From NCBI GenBank assembly GCA_903857825.1, contig CAIOGI010000010.1, forward strand, positions 46,542-110,541: a DNA stretch of 64,000 nt. The letters are read 5' to 3'. Shown here one piece after another: positions 8,619 through 16,708 of the stretch (position 1 is the stretch's first letter; every line of letters begins with the position of its first letter). The DNA is from Candidatus Tayloriibacteriota bacterium (lineage in GTDB: Bacteria > Patescibacteriota > Minisyncoccia > Phycocordibacterales > PALSA-1337). The position numbers and the translations under genes were made by a program. The notes below the pieces were generated by a model. The model had not been told where the DNA came from, did not search any database, and saw nothing but the letters and a program-made list of their open reading frames with translations.

Positions 8619-8917
8619 ACTACAAATGCCGGAGCTCTTGTTGGTTGACTCATAAAAAATTCTAATAAAAAGTAAGGTGAAAGTATTGATTCAAATTCAG
8701 CAAAGCTGGTTTCAATAATAACTTTACTTTCTTTAATGCATGGCAAGCAAATAACATCCTCAGCTGGCACTACGAACGGAATAGCGGAAATGATCTGAGC
8801 TTGGAATTTGCCATTTACTTCAACAACGGTAAAACGAATACGAACTAAAAGCCCGTTCTTGTCCTTAACAATTCTTTCAAAGATGCTATTAAGTTGTTTA
8901 TTTTGAAGGGATAGCAT
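8615..8917 (-). CDS. hypothetical protein upstream of dnaK, ending in QPTRAPAFVV
   Basis: 100-aa ORF co-directional with its neighbours. Confidence 0.65.
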   Translation of the reverse strand: MLSLQNKQLNSIFERIVKDKNGLLVRIRFTVVEVNGKFQAQIISAIPFVVPAEDVICLPCIKESKVIIETSFAEFESILSPYFLLEFFMSQPTRAPAFVV

Positions 8918-8942
8918 ATTAATTAAGATATTATATTAAACT

Positions 8943-9257
8943 TTATTTATTATTCAAGTTTTTATAAAACAATTTTCCTTCTTCATCTATATGCTTCTTT
9001 AATTCAATATTTGAAATACTATTATAATCAAGAACATCAACTTTATATGGGAACCTTGGTGCATTATCAAGCATATTTCTAAAATCTGATGCTGTGTTTG
9101 TATTTAATATTCCTTTTAAGGCAATATCTATATCTGATGCAGGTTTATAATTTCCCATTGCTCTTGAACCAAAGATAATAAGTTCGTCAACATCTGGAAA
9201 GACTTGAACATATCTTGAAATAATTTCTAAAATATCATCATTTAATCCAAATTTCAT
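8943..9257 (-). CDS. minimal nucleotidyltransferase (MNT, HI0073-like) antitoxin
   Basis: FGSRAMG...SDIDIA pol-beta motif; overlaps the HEPN partner by 4 bp. Confidence 0.9.
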   Translation of the reverse strand: MKFGLNDDILEIISRYVQVFPDVDELIIFGSRAMGNYKPASDIDIALKGILNTNTASDFRNMLDNAPRFPYKVDVLDYNSISNIELKKHIDEEGKLFYKNLNNK

Positions 9258-9652
9258 AGTGATTTCTTGAAATATACATAAAGATCAGCAAAAATCTTTG
9301 CGTACGATTCTCTAATTAGCTTCTCGGCCTTTATACTAAGTATTTCATCATAAATATGAGATAATTCGTTTCTCTTATCTAGTGCTTCTAACCACATTTC
9401 TCCATTTTCAATATAGCCTGTTTGTAAAGCTTGCTTAAGCGTATCGCGTGGAGTTTTTAATATAAATCCTTCAAATTCTAGTTTATCATTCATTGTTTTC
9501 CAGGATAATTCAAAAAGAAATTCAAATGTCTGAATTAGCGCAGCACGAAACAAGTCATCGTTTGTTGTATCTTGTTTTAGAGCTCTTAAAAATTGAGAAT
9601 ATGCTTTCTCAAAATTTGAAAATCTTTGTTTCCATCTTTTTTCATTTTTCAT
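9254..9652 (-). CDS. HEPN protein (HI0074-like nucleotidyltransferase substrate-binding family)
   Basis: RWKQRFSNF...IQTFEF.FELSWK...RNELSHIYD (Rx4H). Confidence 0.9.
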   Translation of the reverse strand: MKNEKRWKQRFSNFEKAYSQFLRALKQDTTNDDLFRAALIQTFEFLFELSWKTMNDKLEFEGFILKTPRDTLKQALQTGYIENGEMWLEALDKRNELSHIYDEILSIKAEKLIRESYAKIFADLYVYFKKSL

Positions 9653-9846
9653 ATCAATACTTTATTATAATTATTAGCTGGTAATACGTGCATAAATACT
9701 GCTTTATCTTGACACGTTTTTTTCTTTAAACTAATAAGAGACCCAGATGATGCAAGAATTTTTTTATAATCAATAGACAAAGCTACCCATTTATTTTCAT
9801 GAGATTTATTAATTAGGCTTAGATTTGGTGCTTTTACTAGTTCCAT
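9649..9846 (-). CDS. small protein resembling the DUF5678 family
   Basis: ENKWVALS.D.KKILASS pattern; TATAAT 8 nt before the ATG; ATGA overlap with the HEPN gene. Confidence 0.55.
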   Translation of the reverse strand: MELVKAPNLSLINKSHENKWVALSIDYKKILASSGSLISLKKKTCQDKAVFMHVLPANNYNKVLI

Positions 9847-9904
9847 GATGTTATATTATACTATTTTTCAAGTAATTTCAAGCCAAGTATGCTACACTTA
9901 CCTT

Positions 9905-10195
9905 ATGGAAAGCCTTATTCATGCAGACATATTCTTCTTCGTAACAACAGTTATTGTTATTATGCTTGGAATCATACTTGTAGTCATCCTTATCTACATT
10001 GCCATTATACTTGCTGATATTCGTGCAATATCACGTATCGCAAGATCTGAGAGTGCTGATATAGCAGATGATATACATATGATTCGAAGTGAAGTGCAAT
10101 CTGAACTTAGAAGAGGATCATCTGTTATCGCTTCCCTAGTGCGGGTTATTCGTGGTCTCTTTCGTCGAAGAAAGTCACGAATTAATAAAGGTTAA
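9905..10195 (+). CDS. small membrane protein (TM + coiled coil, YoxC/DUF948-like)
   Basis: Hydrophobic N-terminus; TGcTACACT -10 six nt before ATG 9905 favours this start over 9845. Confidence 0.7.
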   Translation: MESLIHADIFFFVTTVIVIMLGIILVVILIYIAIILADIRAISRIARSESADIADDIHMIRSEVQSELRRGSSVIASLVRVIRGLFRRRKSRINKG

Positions 10196-10208
10196 TTCTC
10201 TATTTAAT

Positions 10209-10580
10209 ATGAAAAAAGTAAATATAAAGGAAGCGGGAGGTCACAAGATGGCCTTGGGTGTAGGTATTGCTGCAGCAGTAGCGGCTGCTGCAGGTGCATA
10301 CTTTCTGTATGGTTCAGCAAAAGGACCAGCTAGAAGAAAAGCAATCAAGACTTGGTCTATCAAGATGAAAGCAGAAGTAATGGAAGAAGTAGAAAAAATG
10401 CAGGATATAAGTGAGGAAGTATATCATTCAGCGATAGATAAGGTATCAAAGAAATATGCAGACATGAAAGGAATAGATGTAAAGGAGCTGGAGACTACGG
10501 TAAAGCAATTAAAGGGACATTGGAAGGATATAAAGAAGGAAGCGGAGAAGGCAATAAAGAAAGGAGCGAAGCTGGTCTAA
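10209..10580 (+). CDS. YtxH-like membrane-anchored coiled-coil protein
   Basis: GVGIAAAVAAAAGAYFLYG...G..RRK then a charged helix; start at MKKVN. Confidence 0.75.
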   Translation: MKKVNIKEAGGHKMALGVGIAAAVAAAAGAYFLYGSAKGPARRKAIKTWSIKMKAEVMEEVEKMQDISEEVYHSAIDKVSKKYADMKGIDVKELETTVKQLKGHWKDIKKEAEKAIKKGAKLV

Positions 10581-10595
10581 ATATATATGTGCGAC

Positions 10596-10630
10596 AAAAA
10601 ACAAGGCCTTATAATGAGGCTTTTGTTTTT
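10596..10630. terminator. bidirectional terminator
   Basis: AAAAACAAGGCCT-loop-AGGCTTTTGTTTTT between convergent genes. Confidence 0.7.
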
Positions 10631-11489
10631 ACTTATCACTTTTCTTAACAAAATCCTTAGCGAAATTTACCAGATATGTGTATGAAGACTCTGACTCAGC
10701 TATAAATTCTTTTATCTTGTTGAATCTCAAGTCTAAATACTCATGCGCTAAGATGTTTCTAATTTTAGCAAATCTACCTAGAACTTTTGCTTTTTCAAGA
10801 TCAAATCCATTTACTTCAATTAAATTTTCTAATATCGATTTATAAGTATTTGGAATAAGCTTCTTTTCTGAAGCTAAAATAATCTTTGATATGTCGACAC
10901 TTGAATTTACAATATTTTCTACCCACCTTTCCATACTTCTTTTTACATCTCTATCTGTTTGATATTTTATTTGATCCACCTTTTTAAATTTTGAGAAATC
11001 TTTAATTTCTTGTTCTAAAAATTCCACGATCTTTATTAGTCTTTCCTTGTCTGTAAGGCTGAGTGAATTTGACCTCTCTTTGATTTTAATAAAATCATCC
11101 ATATAATCTCTATAATATTCTGCAGCTTCATTTATTACATTTGAAAATCTAGCAAAATATTTAGGGTCTTTCATTATAAGCAATTTCCCATCATTTATGA
11201 TTGAATCGGCAAGGGTTGAAGAAGCCCTATTGAGAACAACCATATCTGTTTTTATTTCAAGAATTTTCTCAATCTCAGACCAAAGCTCATCCTCGCCTTT
11301 ATATGATTTCTCTTCCTCATATTCAACGTCACTAGTCGTTGGCTTAAAATATACAGCAATATCAATATCTGACTCTCTATGCGTCATATCTTTTGCGTAA
11401 GAACCAAAGAGAAAAGCAGCTAGGACATTGTCTTGGGTCTCTAGAAATACTTTTAATTTATCTAGTTTTTCTAGGATTTCTTTGCTCAT
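10629..11489 (-). CDS. fused MntA-like nucleotidyltransferase + HepT/DUF86-like HEPN domain
   Basis: N-terminal FGSYAK...ESDIDIAV (GSx10DxD); C-terminal RNILAHEY (Rx4HxY). Confidence 0.87.
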   Translation of the reverse strand: MSKEILEKLDKLKVFLETQDNVLAAFLFGSYAKDMTHRESDIDIAVYFKPTTSDVEYEEEKSYKGEDELWSEIEKILEIKTDMVVLNRASSTLADSIINDGKLLIMKDPKYFARFSNVINEAAEYYRDYMDDFIKIKERSNSLSLTDKERLIKIVEFLEQEIKDFSKFKKVDQIKYQTDRDVKRSMERWVENIVNSSVDISKIILASEKKLIPNTYKSILENLIEVNGFDLEKAKVLGRFAKIRNILAHEYLDLRFNKIKEFIAESESSYTYLVNFAKDFVKKSDK

Positions 11490-11558
11490 AGTGTAATTCT
11501 ATCGTAATATCATTGTGCATAATAGCTTGACAAGTACTAAATACAGTGTATTATTTAA

Positions 11559-11783
11559 ATGTCAGAGTTCCAAGCAAAATACAATATCATGAAAAGAACA
11601 TTCGCTAATGTCCTACAAGAAGCCAAAGACAAGGGTGCAAAAGTGACAATTTGGTACGTTGCGGGTACGGGGTTGGATTATAGCAATACAATGGAGGTTG
11701 CCGAGGTCGGTAAGGATTTCTTCTCCTCCACTGAGGGTGTCTACATTCCATTCACGGCCATTGCACGCTTATATGTGATGTAA
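11559..11783 (+). CDS. small hypothetical protein, possibly Sm-like beta fold
   Basis: TTGACA promoter at 11527; EVGKDFF...YIPFTAI pattern; hairpin and T-tract downstream. Confidence 0.55.
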   Translation: MSEFQAKYNIMKRTFANVLQEAKDKGAKVTIWYVAGTGLDYSNTMEVAEVGKDFFSSTEGVYIPFTAIARLYVM

Positions 11784-11869
11784 AACTGTACAGGCTAGGT
11801 AACGATGCCTAATAACGAATTTTCGTTACTCGAGGGTGTGCCACATAGTGTGACCGCCTTTTCTTTTAC

Positions 11870-12460
11870 TCAATTTTTATTTCCTCCACCCCCCACCTTC
11901 ACCTTCGGTGCCTTTAGAACCTTACCGTTAAGCTCATATCCTTTTTGTATAACAGTCGTGACCGTATTATTTTTACTTTCATCATCCACCGGTTCATGCT
12001 CTATAGCCTCATCTCTCATTGGATCAAAAGGCTTGCCAGTAGGATCAATTTCTTTCAAACCAAATTCACCTAGAACCTTACTTAGTTGATTAGCTATATA
12101 CTCAACTCCCACTCTCCAATTCTTATCTACCTTTTCCCATACATCTTTATTCCCCATTGCCATATTGAAACTATCTAGAACAGGAATAAGCTCAGAAATT
12201 AAACTTTCATTTGAAAAACGAGCAAAGTCCTTTTGAGCTTCTTGATCTCTTCGGCGAGCATTCACAAATTCAGCCTTATCCTTTTGCCAATTATTAAGAT
12301 ACTCCTGCTTTTCTTCAGTAACTTTCTTTAGCTTTTCTTTTAGGCTTTTTATAACATCAAGACCAGTTTCTTCCTCAACTATTTCATCGACTTCCTTGTC
12401 CACTTCAGTATCTGGCTCTATCACTACATCATCACCATTTGTATTTTTATCTTTATTCAT
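11870..12460 (-). CDS. grpE: nucleotide exchange factor GrpE
   Basis: AEFVNARRR, LIPVLDSF, FDP..EA, QKGY.LNGKVLKAPKVKV. Confidence 0.96.
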   Translation of the reverse strand: MNKDKNTNGDDVVIEPDTEVDKEVDEIVEEETGLDVIKSLKEKLKKVTEEKQEYLNNWQKDKAEFVNARRRDQEAQKDFARFSNESLISELIPVLDSFNMAMGNKDVWEKVDKNWRVGVEYIANQLSKVLGEFGLKEIDPTGKPFDPMRDEAIEHEPVDDESKNNTVTTVIQKGYELNGKVLKAPKVKVGGGGNKN

Positions 12461-12472
12461 ATGTTTGTTCTT

Positions 12473-12501
12473 AGTATATCTATATAAGAAAAATCCGGCA
12501 A
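12473..12501 (-). promoter_or_regulatory. sigma70 promoter of grpE (TTGCCG-N17-TATACT)
   Basis: Hexamers with a 17-nt spacer, 12 nt before the ATG. Confidence 0.55.
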
Positions 12502-12523
12502 GTGCCGTGATTATTCTTTGAAA

Positions 12524-12625
12524 AGTAAAATTGGACTCGCTTGCTTGCGCTCGGGAGCACTTTATTTTTATACGCAGGCTAGTAAAAATAAAGTCTCCCT
12601 CACCGCGTCGAGTCTCAATTTTACT
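12524..12625. repeat. ~100-bp imperfect palindrome (REP/MITE-like) starting at the rpsI stop
   Basis: Nested pairings AGTAAAATTG/CAATTTTACT, GACTCG/CGAGTC, GGGAG/CTCCC, ACTTTATTTTTA/TAAAAATAAAGT. Confidence 0.75.
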
Positions 12626-13034
12626 ATCTTTTACTCCACTGAGGAGATTTTCTTGCTTTCTTTAGACCGAACTTTCGGCGTTCCTTTGCTCTTGGATCTC
12701 TCATTAGAAGACCAGCTTTCTTCATTATACCTCTTAGCTCCTTATCGTATTCGATAATAGCTCTAGAAACTCCATGTCTGAATGCATCAGCCTGACCAGC
12801 TATTCCACCACCTTTAATTATTGCAGTAATAGAAAACTTTATTGTTGTAAGTTTTGATGTTGAATATGCTTCTGTTGCTGTATTTTGAAGTTCTTTTGTT
12901 GGAAAATATTCTTCAAGAGTCCTGCCATTTATTTCGTATGACATCTTTGCAGCTGGGGTAATTCTTATACGAGCTACCGCTGTCTTTCTTCGTCCAACTG
13001 TCTCTATGTATTTTTCTTCGTTATTTTTTATCAT
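12624..13034 (-). CDS. rpsI: 30S ribosomal protein S9
   Basis: GRRKTAVAR...GGGIAGQA...KKARKSPQWSKR. Confidence 0.99.
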   Translation of the reverse strand: MIKNNEEKYIETVGRRKTAVARIRITPAAKMSYEINGRTLEEYFPTKELQNTATEAYSTSKLTTIKFSITAIIKGGGIAGQADAFRHGVSRAIIEYDKELRGIMKKAGLLMRDPRAKERRKFGLKKARKSPQWSKR

Positions 13035-13035
13035 A

Positions 13036-13380
13036 TTATTCAGTAATAGTTAAATTTTTCATTATTTCCTTCCTAAGGCTATTTGAAGGTAACATTCTGT
13101 ATACAGCTCTTTCGAATACTTCACTAAATCCCTTTCTAGCTATAAGGTCAGAAAGCTTTTCTGAATATATACCACCACGAAAACCAGTATATGTAACATA
13201 CTCTTTATCATTCTTCTTTTTTATATCAATATTTGCCTTTGATGTATTTACAATAGTTACCTTCACTCCAGAAACCTTATTTCTAACAAAAGATGTAGTT
13301 CTTTTTCCCATGAGCAAGGTAGCTGCTTCGCTAGCAACTCTTCCCAATTTCTTATCTTGTGCATCAATAGTATGATTCAT
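13036..13380 (-). CDS. rplM: 50S ribosomal protein L13 (short form)
   Basis: IDAQDKKLGRVASEAATLLMGK...AVYRMLP; start MNHTID avoids overlap with rplQ. Confidence 0.95.
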   Translation of the reverse strand: MNHTIDAQDKKLGRVASEAATLLMGKRTTSFVRNKVSGVKVTIVNTSKANIDIKKKNDKEYVTYTGFRGGIYSEKLSDLIARKGFSEVFERAVYRMLPSNSLRKEIMKNLTITE

Positions 13381-13390
13381 AATATTTATT

Positions 13391-13741
13391 TTATACAAAT
13401 TCAATCACAGCCATCTCTGCTGCATCGAGCACTCGGCGTGAAGTCTTAATAATTCTAGTATAACCACCCTTTCTTTCCTTATACTTAGGTGCGATTGTTT
13501 CGAAAAGAACCTTTGTCTCTTTCTCTCCACCAATCTTCGAAATGACCAATCTTCTTGATGCTGGTGTGCCTGAAATAGCCTTAGTAACCAACTTTTCTAT
13601 ATATGGTCGCAATTCCTTTGCCTTAGCAAGGGTTGTTGAAATCTTACCCTCATTTACAAGATTTCTAGCAAGAGAACGCATCAAAGCGTTTCTCTGATCC
13701 TTCTTCAATCCAAATTTTCTTGTTACTGAATGATGTCGCAT
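13391..13741 (-). CDS. rplQ: 50S ribosomal protein L17
   Basis: MRHH...TTLAKAKELRP...RKGGYTRIIK. Confidence 0.98.
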   Translation of the reverse strand: MRHHSVTRKFGLKKDQRNALMRSLARNLVNEGKISTTLAKAKELRPYIEKLVTKAISGTPASRRLVISKIGGEKETKVLFETIAPKYKERKGGYTRIIKTSRRVLDAAEMAVIEFV

Positions 13742-13752
13742 GTTATTTAATA

Positions 13753-14721
13753 TTATTTAAGCGTAATACCATAATTAGACAAAACTTTCTTTATTTCCTG
13801 AACCCCCTTACCTCCCAAACCTTCAACATCAAGAATATCAACTTCCTTCTTGCGTGCTAGTCCTCCAACCGTTCTAATATTAGCATTTGAAAGTGCCTTT
13901 ACTGTCCTTGGTGAAAGACCTATAGCATCAATTCTTGTTTTTAAAAATTCAACATCAAGTTCTGGCTTAGTCTCCTCATCTACTGGACTCTCTATGCTTT
14001 CCTCTTTTTCTGAAACAACAACTTCTTCCTCCTTAAATCCAACCATTGCCTTTAGTTGATGAATCATTAGAGTAATTGATTCCTCCAATGCTACCTTTGG
14101 TGTAATAGTACCATCTGTCTCTACAGTTATGCGTAGACGATTGAAATCTGTTCTGTCTCCAACACGCATATTTTCAACTTCGTAGTTTGCCTTCTTTATG
14201 GGTGTAAAAGTAGCATCAAGAGAAATAGTTCCAATATCCACTCTATCTTTTCTTAAAATGTCTTTAGAAACATATCCTAGACCCTTTTCTAATGTTACTT
14301 CAATATCAACATCTGAATTTTTATCTGTAAGTTCAACAATGTGTAGTTCTGGATTCAATATTTCTACTTGACCTGGGATTTCAGCATCTCCTGCTGTTAG
14401 TTTCTTTACACCCTTTGCCTTTAAAGTGATTGTTTGAGGCTCATCTGTGATAAGTTTGATTCTCAATTTCTTAAGATTCAAAAGAATAGTAATAACGTCC
14501 TCCTTTACACCATCAATAGAAGAGAATTCATGCTCAACTCCCTTTATTTTTACTTGTGTTACAGCTGCACCAGGAAGAGAAGAAAGAATTATTCTTCTAA
14601 GAGAATTTCCTAAAGTGTGCCCATAGCCAGGATAAAGACCATCAATTTCATAAGTACCAATAAAGCCATCTTCTCTAATGACCTTTGGTTTTGACGGAAC
14701 TACAATAGCATGATTTGACAT
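13753..14721 (-). CDS. rpoA: RNA polymerase alpha subunit
   Basis: GYGHTLGNSLRRIILSSLPGAAV, alpha-CTD. Confidence 0.99.
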   Translation of the reverse strand: MSNHAIVVPSKPKVIREDGFIGTYEIDGLYPGYGHTLGNSLRRIILSSLPGAAVTQVKIKGVEHEFSSIDGVKEDVITILLNLKKLRIKLITDEPQTITLKAKGVKKLTAGDAEIPGQVEILNPELHIVELTDKNSDVDIEVTLEKGLGYVSKDILRKDRVDIGTISLDATFTPIKKANYEVENMRVGDRTDFNRLRITVETDGTITPKVALEESITLMIHQLKAMVGFKEEEVVVSEKEESIESPVDEETKPELDVEFLKTRIDAIGLSPRTVKALSNANIRTVGGLARKKEVDILDVEGLGGKGVQEIKKVLSNYGITLK

Positions 14722-14750
14722 ATATTTTTTATTAAAATTAATTATTTATT

Positions 14751-15356
14751 TTAACGGCTATAAAATTCCAAGACTGCACCAGGACTAAATAGGAGTTCTG
14801 AATTTGCAACCTGAGGTAAACCGTCTATTACAATTTCTTTCTTTTCAAAGTTTAATTTTAACCATGCGGGAATCTTTACTATTTTTAGTCTTTCATCAAG
14901 ATTAGCGAATAGACCTTTTTTCTTACTACCTTCTCTGATACTTATAACATCACCAACTTTTACTTGATATGAAGGAATAGTAACAATCTTACCGTTGATT
15001 GTTAGATGACCGTGACATGTCATTTGTCTTGCTGCTTGTCTAGTCGTAGCAAATCCAGCACGAAGAGCAACATTGTCAAATCTACTCTCAAGTAAGGTAA
15101 CAAGTAATTGAGCTGAGTTTCCCTTTTTTTCTGTGGCTTTGTTTACGTAATTTGTAAATTGCTTACTAGTTATTCCATAGCTATATCTTGCCTTTTGTTT
15201 TTCCATTAGACCTATACCGTAATCACTCTTTGCCTTTGGCTTCTTTTTTGAAAATGTTTTATTCTCTGATCTCAAAGCAAACTTCTGAGTTTGAGTTTTC
15301 TCAAATACTGGTGCTCCTAATCTTCTTGCTATCTTGTATCTTTTTTTGATTATCAT
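14751..15356 (-). CDS. rpsD: 30S ribosomal protein S4
   Basis: KIARRLG...EKQKAR...LESRFDNV...ARQMTCHGH; start MIIKK. Confidence 0.97.
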   Translation of the reverse strand: MIIKKRYKIARRLGAPVFEKTQTQKFALRSENKTFSKKKPKAKSDYGIGLMEKQKARYSYGITSKQFTNYVNKATEKKGNSAQLLVTLLESRFDNVALRAGFATTRQAARQMTCHGHLTINGKIVTIPSYQVKVGDVISIREGSKKKGLFANLDERLKIVKIPAWLKLNFEKKEIVIDGLPQVANSELLFSPGAVLEFYSR

Positions 15357-15372
15357 ATAAAAATGTAATTTA

Positions 15373-15801
15373 TTATACTCTTCGTGGCTTCTTTGGCTGA
15401 GGACCATTAAATGGTACTGGAGTTTCATCCTTTATTGATGAAATAGTAACTCCTTTTGATATAAAACCTCTTATTGCTGATTCTCTTCCTGAACCAACAC
15501 CTTTAACTACTACGTCTATTTCTCTTAGACCTAGAAGTGCAGCCTTAACAGCCAATACCTCTCCGACTTTAGCAGCTGCAAATGGTGTGCCTTTCTTTGC
15601 ACCCTTAAAACCTAATGTTCCGCTAGATGACCACATGACGATATTGCCCTGTTTGTCACCTAACTGTACTTTTGTATTGTTATAAGTAGATTGAACAAAA
15701 AGAATTCCTGTATCTAGATTTTTACGAGAAGAAGAGGTCTGCTTTGGTGCAGATTCTTTTTCTGTCTTATTTTCTTTTGTTGCAATTACTTTTTTTGCCA
15801 T
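15373..15801 (-). CDS. rpsK: 30S ribosomal protein S11
   Basis: STYNNT...GFKGAKKGTPFAA...GVGSGRESAIR. Confidence 0.99.
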   Translation of the reverse strand: MAKKVIATKENKTEKESAPKQTSSSRKNLDTGILFVQSTYNNTKVQLGDKQGNIVMWSSSGTLGFKGAKKGTPFAAAKVGEVLAVKAALLGLREIDVVVKGVGSGRESAIRGFISKGVTISSIKDETPVPFNGPQPKKPRRV

Positions 15802-15845
15802 TTTATTTATCTGTGTGTTTTTAGTTATAATTCAATCATTTTAGA

Positions 15846-16226
15846 CTATTTCTTCTCTTCCTTCTTTCTTCCAGATCCCATTGTCTTTCTTGTATTTCCA
15901 CGAATAGTTCTAGAATTAGTCTTTGTTCTCTGTCCTCTAGCGGGTAACCTTTTTGCATGTCTAGATCCTCTATATGTTTTAATGTCCTTTAATCTTTTTA
16001 TATTTGAAGCCACTTCACGTTTCAAGTCGCCCTCTATTTTTAGAGACTCAATAATTTTTCTTATATCATTTTCCTGATCAACTGTTAGATCCTTTGCTTT
16101 TATAGATGGATCAATTTTTGCTTTCTTTAAAATATCAATAGCTCTAGATCTACCTATACCATATAAAGTGGTGAGTGAAATCTCTAATCTTTTTGTATCT
16201 GGAATTGTTATACCTAGTATTCTCAT
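15846..16226 (-). CDS. rpsM: 30S ribosomal protein S13
   Basis: RILGITIP...YGIG...YRGSRH..RLPARGQRTKTN. Confidence 0.99.
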   Translation of the reverse strand: MRILGITIPDTKRLEISLTTLYGIGRSRAIDILKKAKIDPSIKAKDLTVDQENDIRKIIESLKIEGDLKREVASNIKRLKDIKTYRGSRHAKRLPARGQRTKTNSRTIRGNTRKTMGSGRKKEEKK

Positions 16227-16240
16227 AAAATTATTATTAA

Positions 16241-16357
16241 TTATCCTTGTCTTTGTTTATGACGAGGGTTTGATTTACAAATTACAAAAATGCAGTTCTT
16301 TCTTCTAACTACACTGCACTTAGGACAAATTTTTTTTACTGAAGCTTTTACTTTCAT
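16241..16357 (-). CDS. rpmJ: 50S ribosomal protein L36 (absent from the ORF track)
   Basis: Translates as [38 protein letters not shown]. Confidence 0.97.
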   Translation of the reverse strand: MKVKASVKKICPKCSVVRRKNCIFVICKSNPRHKQRQG

Positions 16358-16378
16358 TCTTAAATATTATTATAAAAA

Positions 16379-16618
16379 TTATAAACGCTTTACAATACGA
16401 GCTCTACCCCCATAAGAATCTAAAGTAAGCTCTACTTTATCTCCTATTAAAACCCTTATTCTATGCATCCTCATCTTACCAGCTAAATATGCAAGGACAA
16501 TCTCATCTTTACCATCAAGCTTTACTCTAAACAATGTATTTGGCAGTGCCTCTGTTACTACTCCAAATGTATTTTGAACAGTACTTTGCTTTATGTTATT
16601 AATTGTGTTTTTGTCCAT
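16379..16618 (-). CDS. infA: translation initiation factor IF-1
   Basis: [16 protein letters not shown]...[18 protein letters not shown]; start MDKN. Confidence 0.97.
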   Translation of the reverse strand: MDKNTINNIKQSTVQNTFGVVTEALPNTLFRVKLDGKDEIVLAYLAGKMRMHRIRVLIGDKVELTLDSYGGRARIVKRL

Positions 16619-16636
16619 TCTTTTGCTCGTTAGAAC

Positions 16637-16666
16637 ATAGTAGCAGAAATACCATAATAAAGTCAA
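16637..16666 (-). promoter_or_regulatory. sigma70 promoter of the infA-alpha operon (TTGACT-N18-TGcTACTAT)
   Basis: Hexamers plus TG extension upstream of infA. Confidence 0.6.
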
Positions 16667-16708
16667 TACCCCTTGCCATATAATGCAGTTAAATATTGTA
16701 TACCTTTT

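Noticed and set aside
8440-12520. CIRCE heat-shock operator near dnaK or grpE
   Set aside because: No TTAGCACTC-N9-GAGTGCTAA match seen by eye
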